From positions 1,133,474-1,197,473 of the forward strand of contig NW_005434667.1 in the NCBI RefSeq assembly GCF_000315625.1: DNA of 64,000 nucleotides, written 5' to 3'. The position numbers and the translations under genes are program-made. The notes under the pieces are model-generated. The model searched no databases and had not been told where the DNA came from. It was given only the letters and a program-made list of their open reading frames with translations. Source of the DNA: Guillardia theta CCMP2712. Its lineage: Eukaryota; Protista; Cryptophyta. Positions within the stretch are counted from its first letter, which is position 1; the number at the start of each line of letters is the position of its first letter. Positions 49,530 to 61,238 of the stretch are shown one piece after another.

Positions 49530-51129
49530 TCAGGCTGCCGCTAGTGAATTATAGAAACACAAGAAAACCAGATTCATCCAGCAGTCATCCACAACACCAC
49601 GACAAAAACAATCTTGGCTGTGATAAACTGTCCAAAAGTTAATGTAAATCGATCCAGATGATTTAGCTACACACCAGGAGAAATCCCAGAAGATACATCC
49701 TTTTCTTCCTTCGTTCGATGTCTCGCACCCTTTCATCGACTTGCTGTCCGCCTGCGGCATCTGCAACGAAAATCAAACACGACACATTAAACGGAAATAC
49801 AGTCGGTATCTGTTGAAAGCTGGCATGGCTCGTACCTGCTCCAAGCTGAGGCTGTGCCGCTCCGAACTCAATCAGGGTTTTCAAGTCCACCACCCCAGAC
49901 AAAAGCGCAGGCACCCATCCATTCTCCTCCGTTTTCAAGTGCGTCATGGTATCTCTTCTAGTTTTGTCCAAAAGTCAGCAAAAAGAATGCACAGTACCAA
50001 ATCCGCACCTTCCGTCAGGCACGTATGCCTGCGTTTCAGACGGCACTGAGTAGCACATGTTTTGCATTACATCGATCACATGTGAACCATCCTCCTGTCA
50101 AAAAGAATATCAATCCAAACCCTTGAGGAACAATCTCATGCAGACATTTGCCGCGTTCAGTTCAGTTTGCTCTGCCAACGTTGTAAGAACTCAGCAATCA
50201 GGCATACAATCTCTTACCACTTCCCAGATAGTTGCCAACCAAGTAGTCTTCTAGCGACAGCATGCTCTTCACAACACTTGCCATACCCAAGTTGTGCTGT
50301 GATGGATGAGAAAATGAAATGGCGCACACTAAGTCACAACCTGCAACATTGCGAGGAGTGATCCTCCATTGGCAGGATCTGTGTCAAGCTGCAAGGTTAT
50401 AGCAGAGTTCTGCACGGTTGTTGATTTGATGAGCGTGATCACTTCTCGACACGAGGGACAACACCAGTAACCCCGATCACGGATACCCACACTGCAGCAA
50501 CAAGATCAACAGAGGGAGCAAACTTGACGCCAAACCTCTCACCTCTCACTGGTACGGCAACAGTCGATGTGAAAGCAATGATTGCACGCGGTGACTACAC
50601 TTTGACCAAGAAACATCTCTTCCAGGCAAACGGGACATACGCTCGATTCATCGCCCTCTACAGTACATCGGTTGAGATCGTCCTCTCTCGCCAGCCACAA
50701 GCGCCGTTCAATCTCCAATACCACAAAGTCTCTGGCTTCTCTGCCTTCATTTGGTGGTTTTGGCGCCATTGTGGGTCCATACACATATTGAGATTGGTCA
50801 GTAACGGTACTCATTGCAGCATACATGTGCTGGTGATTGTGATGATGATGGGAGTGGGGAAGCTGCTGTTCGCTTTGATTCATGCCGTTTTCCGGCTGCA
50901 TCATCCAAACCAGCTCGCCCTGAGTCGCAACATGAGGTGTTTGCGTCGCATGCGCACCCATGTAGTGATCGTTCTGCGTCCCTGGGTGTTGAGGCATGAA
51001 CCGGCTGCTGCTCGCAGGCTGGTACGGCAAGGGCATCACAGCTACATGGGAATGGTCGAACTGCCCCTGATTATAAGAATGTCCATGCGCAACCCTCCAT
51101 CTTGGTACGATGGCAACGTTGCCCTCCAT
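49530..51129 (-). CDS. RING-H2 zinc-finger protein, putative E3 ligase (multi-exon; ends approximate)
   Basis: CPVCLEEMFLGQSVVTACNHCFHIDCC...|...CCPSCR. The N-terminus is His/Gln-rich. Confidence 0.78.
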
Positions 51130-51869
51130 CCGTACGGCGCTGGTGAAAGAAACATTAGAACGATGCGTTTGATGGAGATGGCGCTAAGACAGATAACGAA
51201 GCCTGCCTCATTAAGAGGTTTCGCTCATTCGATCTAGCTTGTCTGCGGGGTCTCAACCTGAATCTTGAAGGGTCGATCTTTACCTTCGATCTATTTGGCT
51301 GCCTTGGCACAGAAGAATCTAATCAGGATCAGCAGCAACAGGCGTGCTGGCGGTTCTCAGATCTGGAGACCTCAAATGCTTCCAAGCATGTTCTCTCCTA
51401 AGCTATCGCTAAACTCGAAGCCTGTATGCCTCAATCACTCTCGCCATCTTCTTCCACCTGCTCACTTTGCGTGCTCCTGCTCTGCTTCACTAATGTTGCA
51501 TCTTCAGTCCTCCCGCCATATCGTAGGCTTAGGACTTCAACGGGGAGGTCCTACCTCACCTATTCTACGCAAAAAGTCCTAGGACCGGAACCACCCTCTG
51601 TGACTGCTCTGTGACCCCCTTTCTCACTGGGATAACCCACCACCTCCTCATAGCAGGGTCCTAGATCATATCTTCTTCATCGGGTAGGGTCATACCTATA
51701 TTTCCTAATACCTCTTAAAGAATTTCTATGACCTCCTATCAAACTTCCGTCTGGAAGTACCATCCGGACTTTCCGGCGATCACTGACCGGACGGTCACTG
51801 GCCCCGGCCGGCGGGCCGGGCAAGTCCCGCCGGGTCACCGGTCGACTTGTACTATACTAGCAACTGACG

Positions 51870-54622
51870 TCATTGTTTTACTCTCAGTTTGGCCCATCCC
51901 TCATCATTCAAGTTTGCCTCAGTGGTTTGGTCAAAGCGAGGATCTCGGAAGACGACAGGAGCTTCGTCCCATCGCCTTTGAACGCTTGCTCTCCCCTTGT
52001 CAAACTCGACGGCGAGGAGTGATCCGAGCACAGCTGATGTCGCTGGGAAGCCTTCGACCTCTCTCGTCTGCTCGGGGCTGCGTTGCGCACGGATACGAGA
52101 GAGTTCGAGGACGAGGTCGCCGTAGACCTGAAGAGAGGAGGACAATAAGGAGCTGGCACCGGCACGGGAAGGTAAGTGCAGTGACCTTGGAGAACGACGA
52201 GTCATCATTGGGGTCCCAGTGAGCGGCGCCGAACGCTCGGGAACTTGAATGGAAGCTGCTTCCTCTCGCTGCCTCGACAAGGGGCGGTGGGTTGGCTCGA
52301 TGCTCAGGGTCAGAAGAGTTTGAGTTTGCCCCTTGTGCTTCCGTATGGTCGTCGGATCGCTCGACACGCTTCCCTGCCACAAGCAGTCTGGCCCGTCGCT
52401 CTGAATGTTTTTGTCTATAAGAACATCAGTGAGCGATATAAGCACTTGACACGAAGATAGGGGATCACTTCTCTAGGGTCTTCGACAAGCCTTCCGTCCT
52501 GTGTTTGGCTTCCTCGTTTGCTTGCTTCGATAGCTCAGCAAGGGAGGTCACTTCGCCTGGCATATACCTGAAGTGACAGCATCTTGGATTTTTCGTTCTT
52601 GTCGTAGCAAAGTTAGCAAATCCAAAGAACCGTTATTGAAGGACAAACCGATGGCTCGATGAGGTCAAATGCTCGAATTCTTCGCATACTCGCTTGTTGC
52701 TCTTGCAACTCTTCTAGCTGAGGTGACAGTTCGTTTAACGCATCCTCCTGCAGCATTATCAGCATTTGACCGCATCTGAGCATTTGACCTGATCGACCAG
52801 ATACGTTTCTTGCACTTTTTCTTTCAGCAACTTCATGGCCTTCTCATACCCATCCCAAACTTTGGTCAGAAGCGCATCTGAAACCTCATTTTCCTGGTGC
52901 AAAAGGCTTAGGAGAGAATCTTTTCCACGCTGCAGATTTGAACCTGAATGGCTTTGTCGATCGAGCTTTGCTCCTAATATCTTTTTGTTCAATTTGTTTG
53001 TAACATTCATGAATTGAAAGTAACCTGTAAATATTCTCCGGTTTTACCGTCTTCAGAATTTAGATGGCTCACTTGACCCAAAATCTGCGATGATATTTCG
53101 GCCACATAGTTCACATCCATTGTCAAACCTGAAGTGTATATTGACTTGTCTTCGTTAAGATTCTCTTTCTTTGATCATTCAAAATTGTCTCAGACCTTTC
53201 AGGGGTGTAAGATTTCTCTTTGCAAGGTCTTTGATCCAATCCTTACTGGAGAATCTGTTGGTAACAGGCAAGTGCTTCCTGGTCACTCGAATTCAATTCC
53301 AGAAGCTGAGAAACGAACAGCATCAGATCCCATTGAACAAGAGTGTGAAGTTTTGTCATATTCAACCATTTCAAAGAGAGGCTTCGCCTTTTGCAGCTCC
53401 GCTTTCTGATACAACTCAAGTGCTTTTTCACGAATGGTCGATTTCTCTTTCTCCAAAGTGACTAGTCTCGACTTGCTCCTGGGTCATCGAGATCACGCAA
53501 AACTGAAGAACCTTACAAGATCTGTATCTACCTTCGAAACAAAGACTGTTAAGCAGTAGACAGACAGGTCAGAGTCTTTCAACGATGGCTAGCAACCGAC
53601 CTCGTACAAGAGCGAATCCTCAAGCGCTTGTTTCAGACTCTCTTGCAAGCTTGCATTCTTTTGTCTCTCCTGCGGTATTCAAAGTTCAGACGAAATCGCG
53701 GGGGCGTTTCGAAACCTCTCGAGAGATTTTCATGCTTACCAAATCCAATGCTGGGGAACACTCACTCAATCTGCGACGAAGTTCTACAACTTCATTCTCC
53801 ATTTCGATCCTTTCATTCTCAGCATATTTCCAAGCCTGCTCCCTTTATCAGCTTTTTGCCACAGTTGAAACTTTCAGAAGTAAACATGGTCTTACCTCTC
53901 TTGCGCTGTGTATTTCGTTTTGCAAGAGCACATGTCGATCTTCGAGCTTAAGAATGTTCGAGATGTAGGTGTTCTCCCTTTGAATGTTTTCTTGGTGCCA
54001 TGCATGAACAGACTCTATGATGTCCATCAGGTCCAGCCTAGATATCCGGATCTCTTGCTTGAGGATCTCTGTTTGTCTCTTAAAATTTTCGAGCAGTGAG
54101 GCGTACAGTCGCTCTCTGGAGTTGAACTGTTCTTTCTTCTGCTCCACCCCCAGCCACAAAGCCTGTCATGGACCACTGGTTTCTATTCCAACATGCACAA
54201 GAACATCTCAGCCTCACCTTGACGGTTGGCCAATCATGAGGCAGCCTCTCGAACTTTGCCACCTCACTAGCTGCTTGCACACGGTTCAGCTCAGCCCTGC
54301 CAGCACCATCCTTGGATCAGCTCAGAAGCTGAGGCCGTCACTACCTGAGTTCTTGCTCTCTTCTCCGAATGTCTGCCAGCTCCTCTTCCATGGCCTTGGC
54401 CATCCTTGCCTCAAACTGAGCGACAGAGGTTGCGTCGTGTACCGCTCCTTGCCGTAGCCTCCTTTCCTCCTGCAGGGAGAGCTCAAGCTGCAGGCATTTC
54501 ATCTTTTCCTTCTTGTGCTGCTCCTTCAAGGCCGCAAGCTCTAGAGATGCTGCCTCAAGCGCCTCCTGGGTTCTTCTCAGAGCTCTCTTTACTCGCACAT
54601 CGTCCTCTCCCCCGGGCGCCAT
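51870..54622 (-). CDS. Long coiled-coil hypothetical protein (multi-exon)
   Basis: A chain of minus-strand ORFs rich in E/K/L/Q heptads (54341, 53848, 52759, 51870) is separated by short introns. Confidence 0.6.
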
Positions 54623-55286
54623 CCCGGCAACGTGACTCTGCTTGCCGCCTCTAAGTAGTCTTCTCTCAGAGGCTCTCCTCCATGCCACTGGCTAGTCAAA
54701 CTTGTCAAAGTTTTAGGCCGGACTCTGGGAGCCGCTTCCCGGCGCAGTTTCCTCAGTGGCCCAAGTTACCGCGGCGGGGCCGGCCCGGGGTCCGGCTAGG
54801 CCCGGGTGCTCGGACATCTGCTGGGCGGAGTCGGATCCGCCAGCCATCCATGATAGAATGGTCACCGTTGCAGAAAGCGCCGCAACGCATCATCCCCGGC
54901 GCCAAACTTCGGGCCCATCGCCAGCACTGATCATCGGATGGTGAGCACATTACCGTCGGATGCCCTCGGATCTTCCTGCTTGCAGTTCCTGCTTGCAGTT
55001 TGCCCCCCAGGGAGTTCCGGCGGAGCCCGGCCATCGCGGCCTAGACTCATCATCATGGCATAGTCTCCTGCCGCCCGGCCTGCGGCCAGGGCCGGCCCCA
55101 CGGTGTACTGCTACTGCCAACTCCGGGGCGCTGAACTTCGGCGGCGAAACTACGGAGGCTACCCTACCCACCAAGTTCATAGGCTTGTACCCCCTAAAAT
55201 CAAAGCACCACTTGATGTTAGCTACCCCTGCTACCTGCGCTTTGAGAGTACCCCCCCTGAGCTAGACGGGTGAGGCGCACGAGGGC

Positions 55287-55937
55287 ATGGTGAACATTCG
55301 GCGGGCGCGGGTGGAGGATCTGCTTGAGATGCAGGCGTGTAACCTCGCCTGCCTCCCCGAGAACTACCAGCTCAAGTACTACTTCTACCATATCTTCTCT
55401 TGGCCCCAGCTCCTCCACGTCGCCGAGGACTCTTCCAAGAAGATCGTGGGCTACGTCATGGCCAAGATGGAAGAGGATGCCTCGGAGAGCCACGGCCACA
55501 TCACCTCACTTGCTGTCCTCCGCTCGCATCGCAAGCTTGGGCTTGCCACGAGGCTCATGAAGGCTGCAGAGTACGACATGGTGGAATGCTTTGACGCTGA
55601 GTATGTTTCTCTGCATGTTCGAAAGAGCAATCGTGCTGCTTTCCACCTTTACAGCGAGACGCTGGGCTTCCAGGTTCATGACATAGAGAAGAGTTATTAT
55701 GCAGACGATGAGGATGCATATGACATGCGAAAAGATCTTCGAGATCACCCAAGGAAGAAGAAGAACAGGGAAGCAGCGGACCAGCTTGCGTCCGATGTAA
55801 AGAACATCTCGCTTAATGGCAACAAGGACGGAGAAGATGGCGGGCCTGAAGGGGTTACGAACGAAGGAGGAGTCGATGTATATGCAGAATCGAACGAGGA
55901 GGATGGCGCCAAGAAGAACAAGAACAAGAAGAAATAA
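55287..55937 (+). CDS. NAA10: N-alpha-acetyltransferase NatA catalytic subunit (ARD1/NAA10), intronless
   Basis: [82 protein letters not shown]. Confidence 0.96.
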   Translation: MVNIRRARVEDLLEMQACNLACLPENYQLKYYFYHIFSWPQLLHVAEDSSKKIVGYVMAKMEEDASESHGHITSLAVLRSHRKLGLATRLMKAAEYDMVECFDAEYVSLHVRKSNRAAFHLYSETLGFQVHDIEKSYYADDEDAYDMRKDLRDHPRKKKNREAADQLASDVKNISLNGNKDGEDGGPEGVTNEGGVDVYAESNEEDGAKKNKNKKK

Positions 55938-56043
55938 CGTGTTAAGCTTCCAGCAGCGTAAAGCGTTTGGCTGATCACGTGCTGCCAGACAGTTTTTGTA
56001 TCTACTTTGTAATATCTATTCGATTGAATCATCAGCTGAAGCA

Positions 56044-59000
56044 TCACAACCCTCCTGCCCTTTCCCTCTCCTCTTGCCCTTTCCCTCTCATTGTCTCTCT
56101 CCCTGCTGTCGTGTAGGAGTCGAACGCGCCGGTGAGAAGGGCTGGACGGACTCGCCGCAGCGCTTCCAGGAAGTGAGAGTGCGAGACAAGCTCGTTCTCC
56201 ATGTTCTCCCGCAGACAGACCATCGCTGCCTGAAACATTGTGAGCGAAGAAATGCTACCTCTCTCTCCTGTTCCTCTCCTCCTTGTTCCTCTCCTTGTTC
56301 CTCTCTGTCTCATGCGTCTCTCTCTTCGTCCCCCCGCCCCCCCCCCGCCCCCATCCATCCTTCTCCTCCTCCCCCTCCCCCTCCCCCTCCGCTTCCATCC
56401 TTCTCCTACCTCCACCACGAGGCGATTGATTTCCGCTCCTGGGGGAAGGTCAGACCACAAACAGACCAGCAAGGAGAGTGAACCTGTATATCCTTCCGTC
56501 TTGTCGCTCATCGTCTTGAGATCCACATCTGCAGCTGGAGAGACTTCATTCCAGTAAGAACTCATCACACCTCACATATTGGCAGCCTCCTGGAGCATGT
56601 TGCAAGGATTTCTTGTCGTTCTGCGCAGTCACATTGTCAGGTAGGAGAAGTCTGACGTATCCCTCCCACCATGTGAGTCAGGCACAGGAACCTCAAGCAC
56701 AACGTCAAATCTCCCGGGTCTGCAAAACTTTGGTCACTCCCAGCTACACAGCCAGCTCAACTGCTCATGACCGAAGGAGTGCAGCGTCGATCATGTCCAG
56801 TCTGTTGGTGGCTCCGACCACGACAACTCCTCCGCTCGAGTCAACTCCGTCCATCTCGTTCAGCAACGTCGAGAGGACGCGCTGCTGCACTCCGTTCGCC
56901 TCAGTACCATCCCCGGAGCCATCCAGACTCCTGCAAGACGATCAGTCGGAGCCTTGGGCGGAGGAGGGAACCTCTTGCCAACGATCGCGTCGATCTCATC
57001 GAGGAACAAGATACACGGCTTCATACGCCTGCGCAACCCAGGGGTTGACCATGGGCAGGAAGTGCATGATAGTACCTTGCACGTCGGAAGAGTTGCCGTA
57101 GGATAGCTTCACTCTGAGGCCAATGCGATCAACAAGCACACACGCCCCTTCTTCGCCTCTCACTTCTCCCAGATACGCAGAAAACAACTCTGATCCCGAA
57201 GCCTTGACGAACCCCAGACCCACCAGCCCAGCCAAGGACCGAACCTGTCAGAAAGTGAATCCAAGCCAACATCAACCGTCCCTGCACCAGCGATGTCTTG
57301 CCACATCCTGGCACTCCGTAGAGCAGAACCCCTCTAATCATCTTATCACTGAACACAGGCACGAAATGCATTGAGAGCGTGGGAGGCACGGGAGCAAGTC
57401 AGGCAAGGAGGGCCAAGCCAGAGGATGGAAGCCAGGCGAAGGAGGGAAGGCAACGCCAGGCTTGAAAGGAGAACTACCGAGAGGGGCGAACGTTCATTCG
57501 TCTAAAGCTTTCGGCTTTAGTCAGAGGCCACTCGATCGCCTTGAAACCACTTTAGGAAACGAAAGAGAAGAAGAAGCGCAGAACTCAACCCGCCTCAAGG
57601 CTTCTTTGACCCCCTCCATCCCCCCGAGAGAAGACATCGACTGCGACTCGTCTGTTGACTGCCGACCGAATCATCTAGCAGTTGCAGACTTCAAACAACT
57701 CACCGTGACTTGAATTTGAAAGTCTCTATGAACAGGTATCGAAATCTGCACAAGAGATTCTTCTTGACATTGAGGACAACAAGACACTACCAGGCGATTC
57801 ACCTGTCTCATCGCATCCAAGAAATCAGAATGCATTACAGCGTGAGATCCAGTATGAATGTCTCCCTCAGATGCGTGCCTAAGAATACAGTTTCCTATTT
57901 CGACATGTCAGTCAAATCATTGTCGGAAACTGTGAATTGCACATCGCAAACACGAGGAAATGACTACAGGCGATCATAATGTTCGAATTTGAGGTCACAG
58001 TGAATGAGTTCACGTTCACATTCAAGAGCTTGACAATCGTATCAATGGTTTACCAGCAGCTTGAGAGCAGAGGGATTTCAAATTTGCACCGACGTAACCG
58101 ACTGTCATCTTTGCTAACTGTGCATCAGTCAGAGAGCAGGCCAAGTGAAAGGATCTTATCACTTCTCGTGTCGAGACCGAGGGATGTAACTGCATGCTAC
58201 CCACGAACTTCTCCAGCAGGACCTGCAAGGCCTCAGCATCGCGATTCTCCTTGTGATGGACTAACAAGTCGCTCCTGGACGTCAGGTGCTTCCAAGGCGA
58301 CCTCGCTGCTCATGCCACGTCATCTTCATCGCACGAACCAGGGCCAGCAACCTGTCGAATCGCCCAGGTCGTCTCAGCGCGATGTCGATGGCGTCTGGGT
58401 TGCCCGTGCTGCCGACGATGAGGAGCATTTTCTGCAGCGCTCAAGTTAAGACCAAGAGAGAGGAAGCAGAGAGCAGCTGACTCGCGATGTCTTGGCGTCA
58501 ACGCCATCCATCAGTGACAGGAGCTGAGCTACCGTCTGAAACTACCTCAGGTGGGCAGCTCAACATGCTCGAGACAATACCCGGGCTTCCTTGTCCCTTC
58601 CCTGCGCCCTTGAAGGACAGAGAACGTCAATGTCCCTGTGAGTGACTTCAGATCTTCGAATCCCTCGTTGTTGCTTGTGCTGACTTGAAGTGAATGATCG
58701 CTCGTCCTGCCTTCAAGGCGTTCCAAAACACTTCTCGGATCAACTCTTCTCCCTCGCCTGCCGCACCTCTATAGACTTGATGCGGCCGCACCTTTAAGTG
58801 ACATTGCACGTCATGATATTCACCGGCGCATCTCATTGGTGCTCACGGTGAAGAGCTGAGCAGCGAATTCCAACGAGAGAGATTTGACCTGATATCAGCA
58901 TTTGATCATCATGATGGACTCGTACATCTCTCACCCTCTCACCAGTACAGATTTTCCTGTTCCCTTGGCTCCGATCACAAGAATGCCCGAGGACGGTCTT

Positions 59001-60408
59001 ATCCCCATGGTCTCAACCTTATACAAGAGTTACCCAGGGGTTTGCAAGGGAGATCGAGACCTTGTCCCTCTGATGGAAGATCATAGAGCACATGTCTCGC
59101 AGCTGCGACACAACCTGTGGAGAACCGAAGAATTCATGCTCAACCTTTGCAGTGTTGCTTGTGAGCTGCAGTCCTGACAGACTGCGGGATACAAGAGGAG
59201 AGTGCGGTGAGAAAGGAAGGTCGATGCTCGCGTCCGCTATCGCCTTCTTGACCTCAGCTCGAGTCATCATCGCACTCTTCTGCGCACTTCGCTCTTGTAC
59301 GGGAGTTGACACGACCGGGGAGGAGAAAGAAATCGCCTCCTCGTTCTCGCTCTGACCGGGAGATCTCAGCAAGCTGTCGGAGAGGCGAGGTCCGGCTCTT
59401 GCTCCCTCGAAGATGATTCTTGTCTTCTTCAACACAGTCACGGCCCCATTCTCCGGCACACAGCTCGTTACGACAATCTTCCCTGAGCGACGTGCATGTC
59501 AGCGCATACCCTCACAAGGCACCGAGGAGGCAACGAGATTGAGGAGCACCTGCCGACGGCACGTGCAAGACAGCGTCCTTGGTGAGGACCTGGCAGCACG
59601 ATCAGGTTCAGAGATAGAGCAAGAAGCACGACATGTCGTTCAAGTGCTGAGGAAATTGCAACACGAACTTGCGGTGGCGGATCTTCTTCGAACCCATCGC
59701 AGTTTAATCGGACGACACTCGCGATTCCGACGCTCCTCGCAAGTAGCCGCACACAAGCCGTTCCCAGACACTTTCCGCTCCATGTCTTCGTGTGGGAAGG
59801 CAGCGGCACTTTGTTCAAGGAGGCAGCAGAAGGGAGGCTGCGGTGTAGCTCCACACACCCATCAAAGAGGACGAGGTCATCGGGAAGCTCTGCGTCTCTT
59901 CAGCCCCTCCTCACAGCGCATGTCCTCCTTGCCTGGCTGTTTCGACGCAGAGCAGACGTACGTCATCTGCGATCCTTCCAACGTGACTGCCAACGCGTCT
60001 CCTGGGACAGCCTGCAGCAGATGGAGCGAGGAGGTAGACAGACGGCATCGTCCCGTGCCCTAGACATGGACGAGAGTGAGAGGTAGCGATACCCGACCAA
60101 TGCTCACCCCGTCGGAAGGCCCCGGGATGAAAGCGACGCATCGTAACATATCTTGACGGCACCTCGTCAAACTCGATAATTGATCGGAAGCTACTCGAGT
60201 GACCGAGCAAGTTATCTTGGCAGTTCAGCGGAGCTCATAAGCGTCAAGCTCCTTGTCTTGATCACGTTCTTTACCTTTCAAGGTTGACCTGTCGCGTTTG
60301 TCAGGCTCTTCTCGTCTTTTCTCTACTTTTCTTGTCATTCCATTCTCCTTCTGCTCATCTTCTCAGCTGTCGCTTCTTTCCCGTCCATTGCGACCGCTCA
60401 CCCGACAT
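56044..60408 (-). CDS. CDC48-family double AAA+ ATPase, AFG2/SPATA5(L1)-like (multi-exon)
   Basis: D1: ILVIGAKGTGKS, QLLSLMDG, DIALRRPGRFD, TVGYVGANL. D2: LLYGVPGCGKT, GSELFSAYLGE, ILFLDEIDAI, RVLSTLLNEMDG, GATNRLDMIDAALLR. Confidence 0.85.
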
Positions 60409-61238
60409 GCCTGAGAGTTTGAGGTCCCACTGACTTTCTCTGAGGCAGCCTGGCTGGCTGTTCCCAATCACATGTATATTTATTTTTATTATTAAAAGTA
60501 ATTATTGATTCCGTAGGTCAAATGGACCTGGGACTTGAACGGAAATACTATGAGGTAGGGGTGGGCCGTATCAGCAAATAGTGTACCGGCAAAAGCGCCA
60601 GTACCTGGTGGAAATCCGAGAAAACAAAAGCTGAATTGAGGGTGGGGGGTTGTGGAAACGAAAGGGCTGAGGAACTCCGGGCGCTGAGGGTGGGGTGGGG
60701 GTAGTAAAGTTTTCCGGAGAACATACGGGTGGGCTGCGAAAGTTTATTTCAATGGGGGGTGGGGTGGGATGCTGTAGGGTGGTATGGGGTCGGGGGCTGG
60801 GGTAGTTGGGGTTTGTCCCCCCAGCCTGCGATCTGTCGGCCGTCAAAGGAGTAAAAGCGTCGCTAATTATAAAACTATAAACATTTAATGAATTTTAAAA
60901 ATATTTAGAAATTGAAATGCTACTGGTGAGAATACAACTCTGTTTTAAAGATATCGAAAAGACGTGGTGTCGGCGACCGGTGCTTTCCATGCAGCGACAG
61001 CTTCAGCACTCATTTCGGTGGCATGGGCTAGCCCTCGTTCCTCGTCCCGTGCCCACCATAGTCCTCTGATCTCTCTCCCCCCGCGTCTCTCTCTCCTGTT
61101 CCCCGCATCGCGGAGCAGACAACGCGTGTGGAACGATTATTTGCAACATTTTTGATACTGGCTGAAAATGAGCACTTTTTGCGACGTGCAACGTTGTGAA
61201 TTGTTACTGATGTAGACATCATTCTTTCCGACGAAGCG

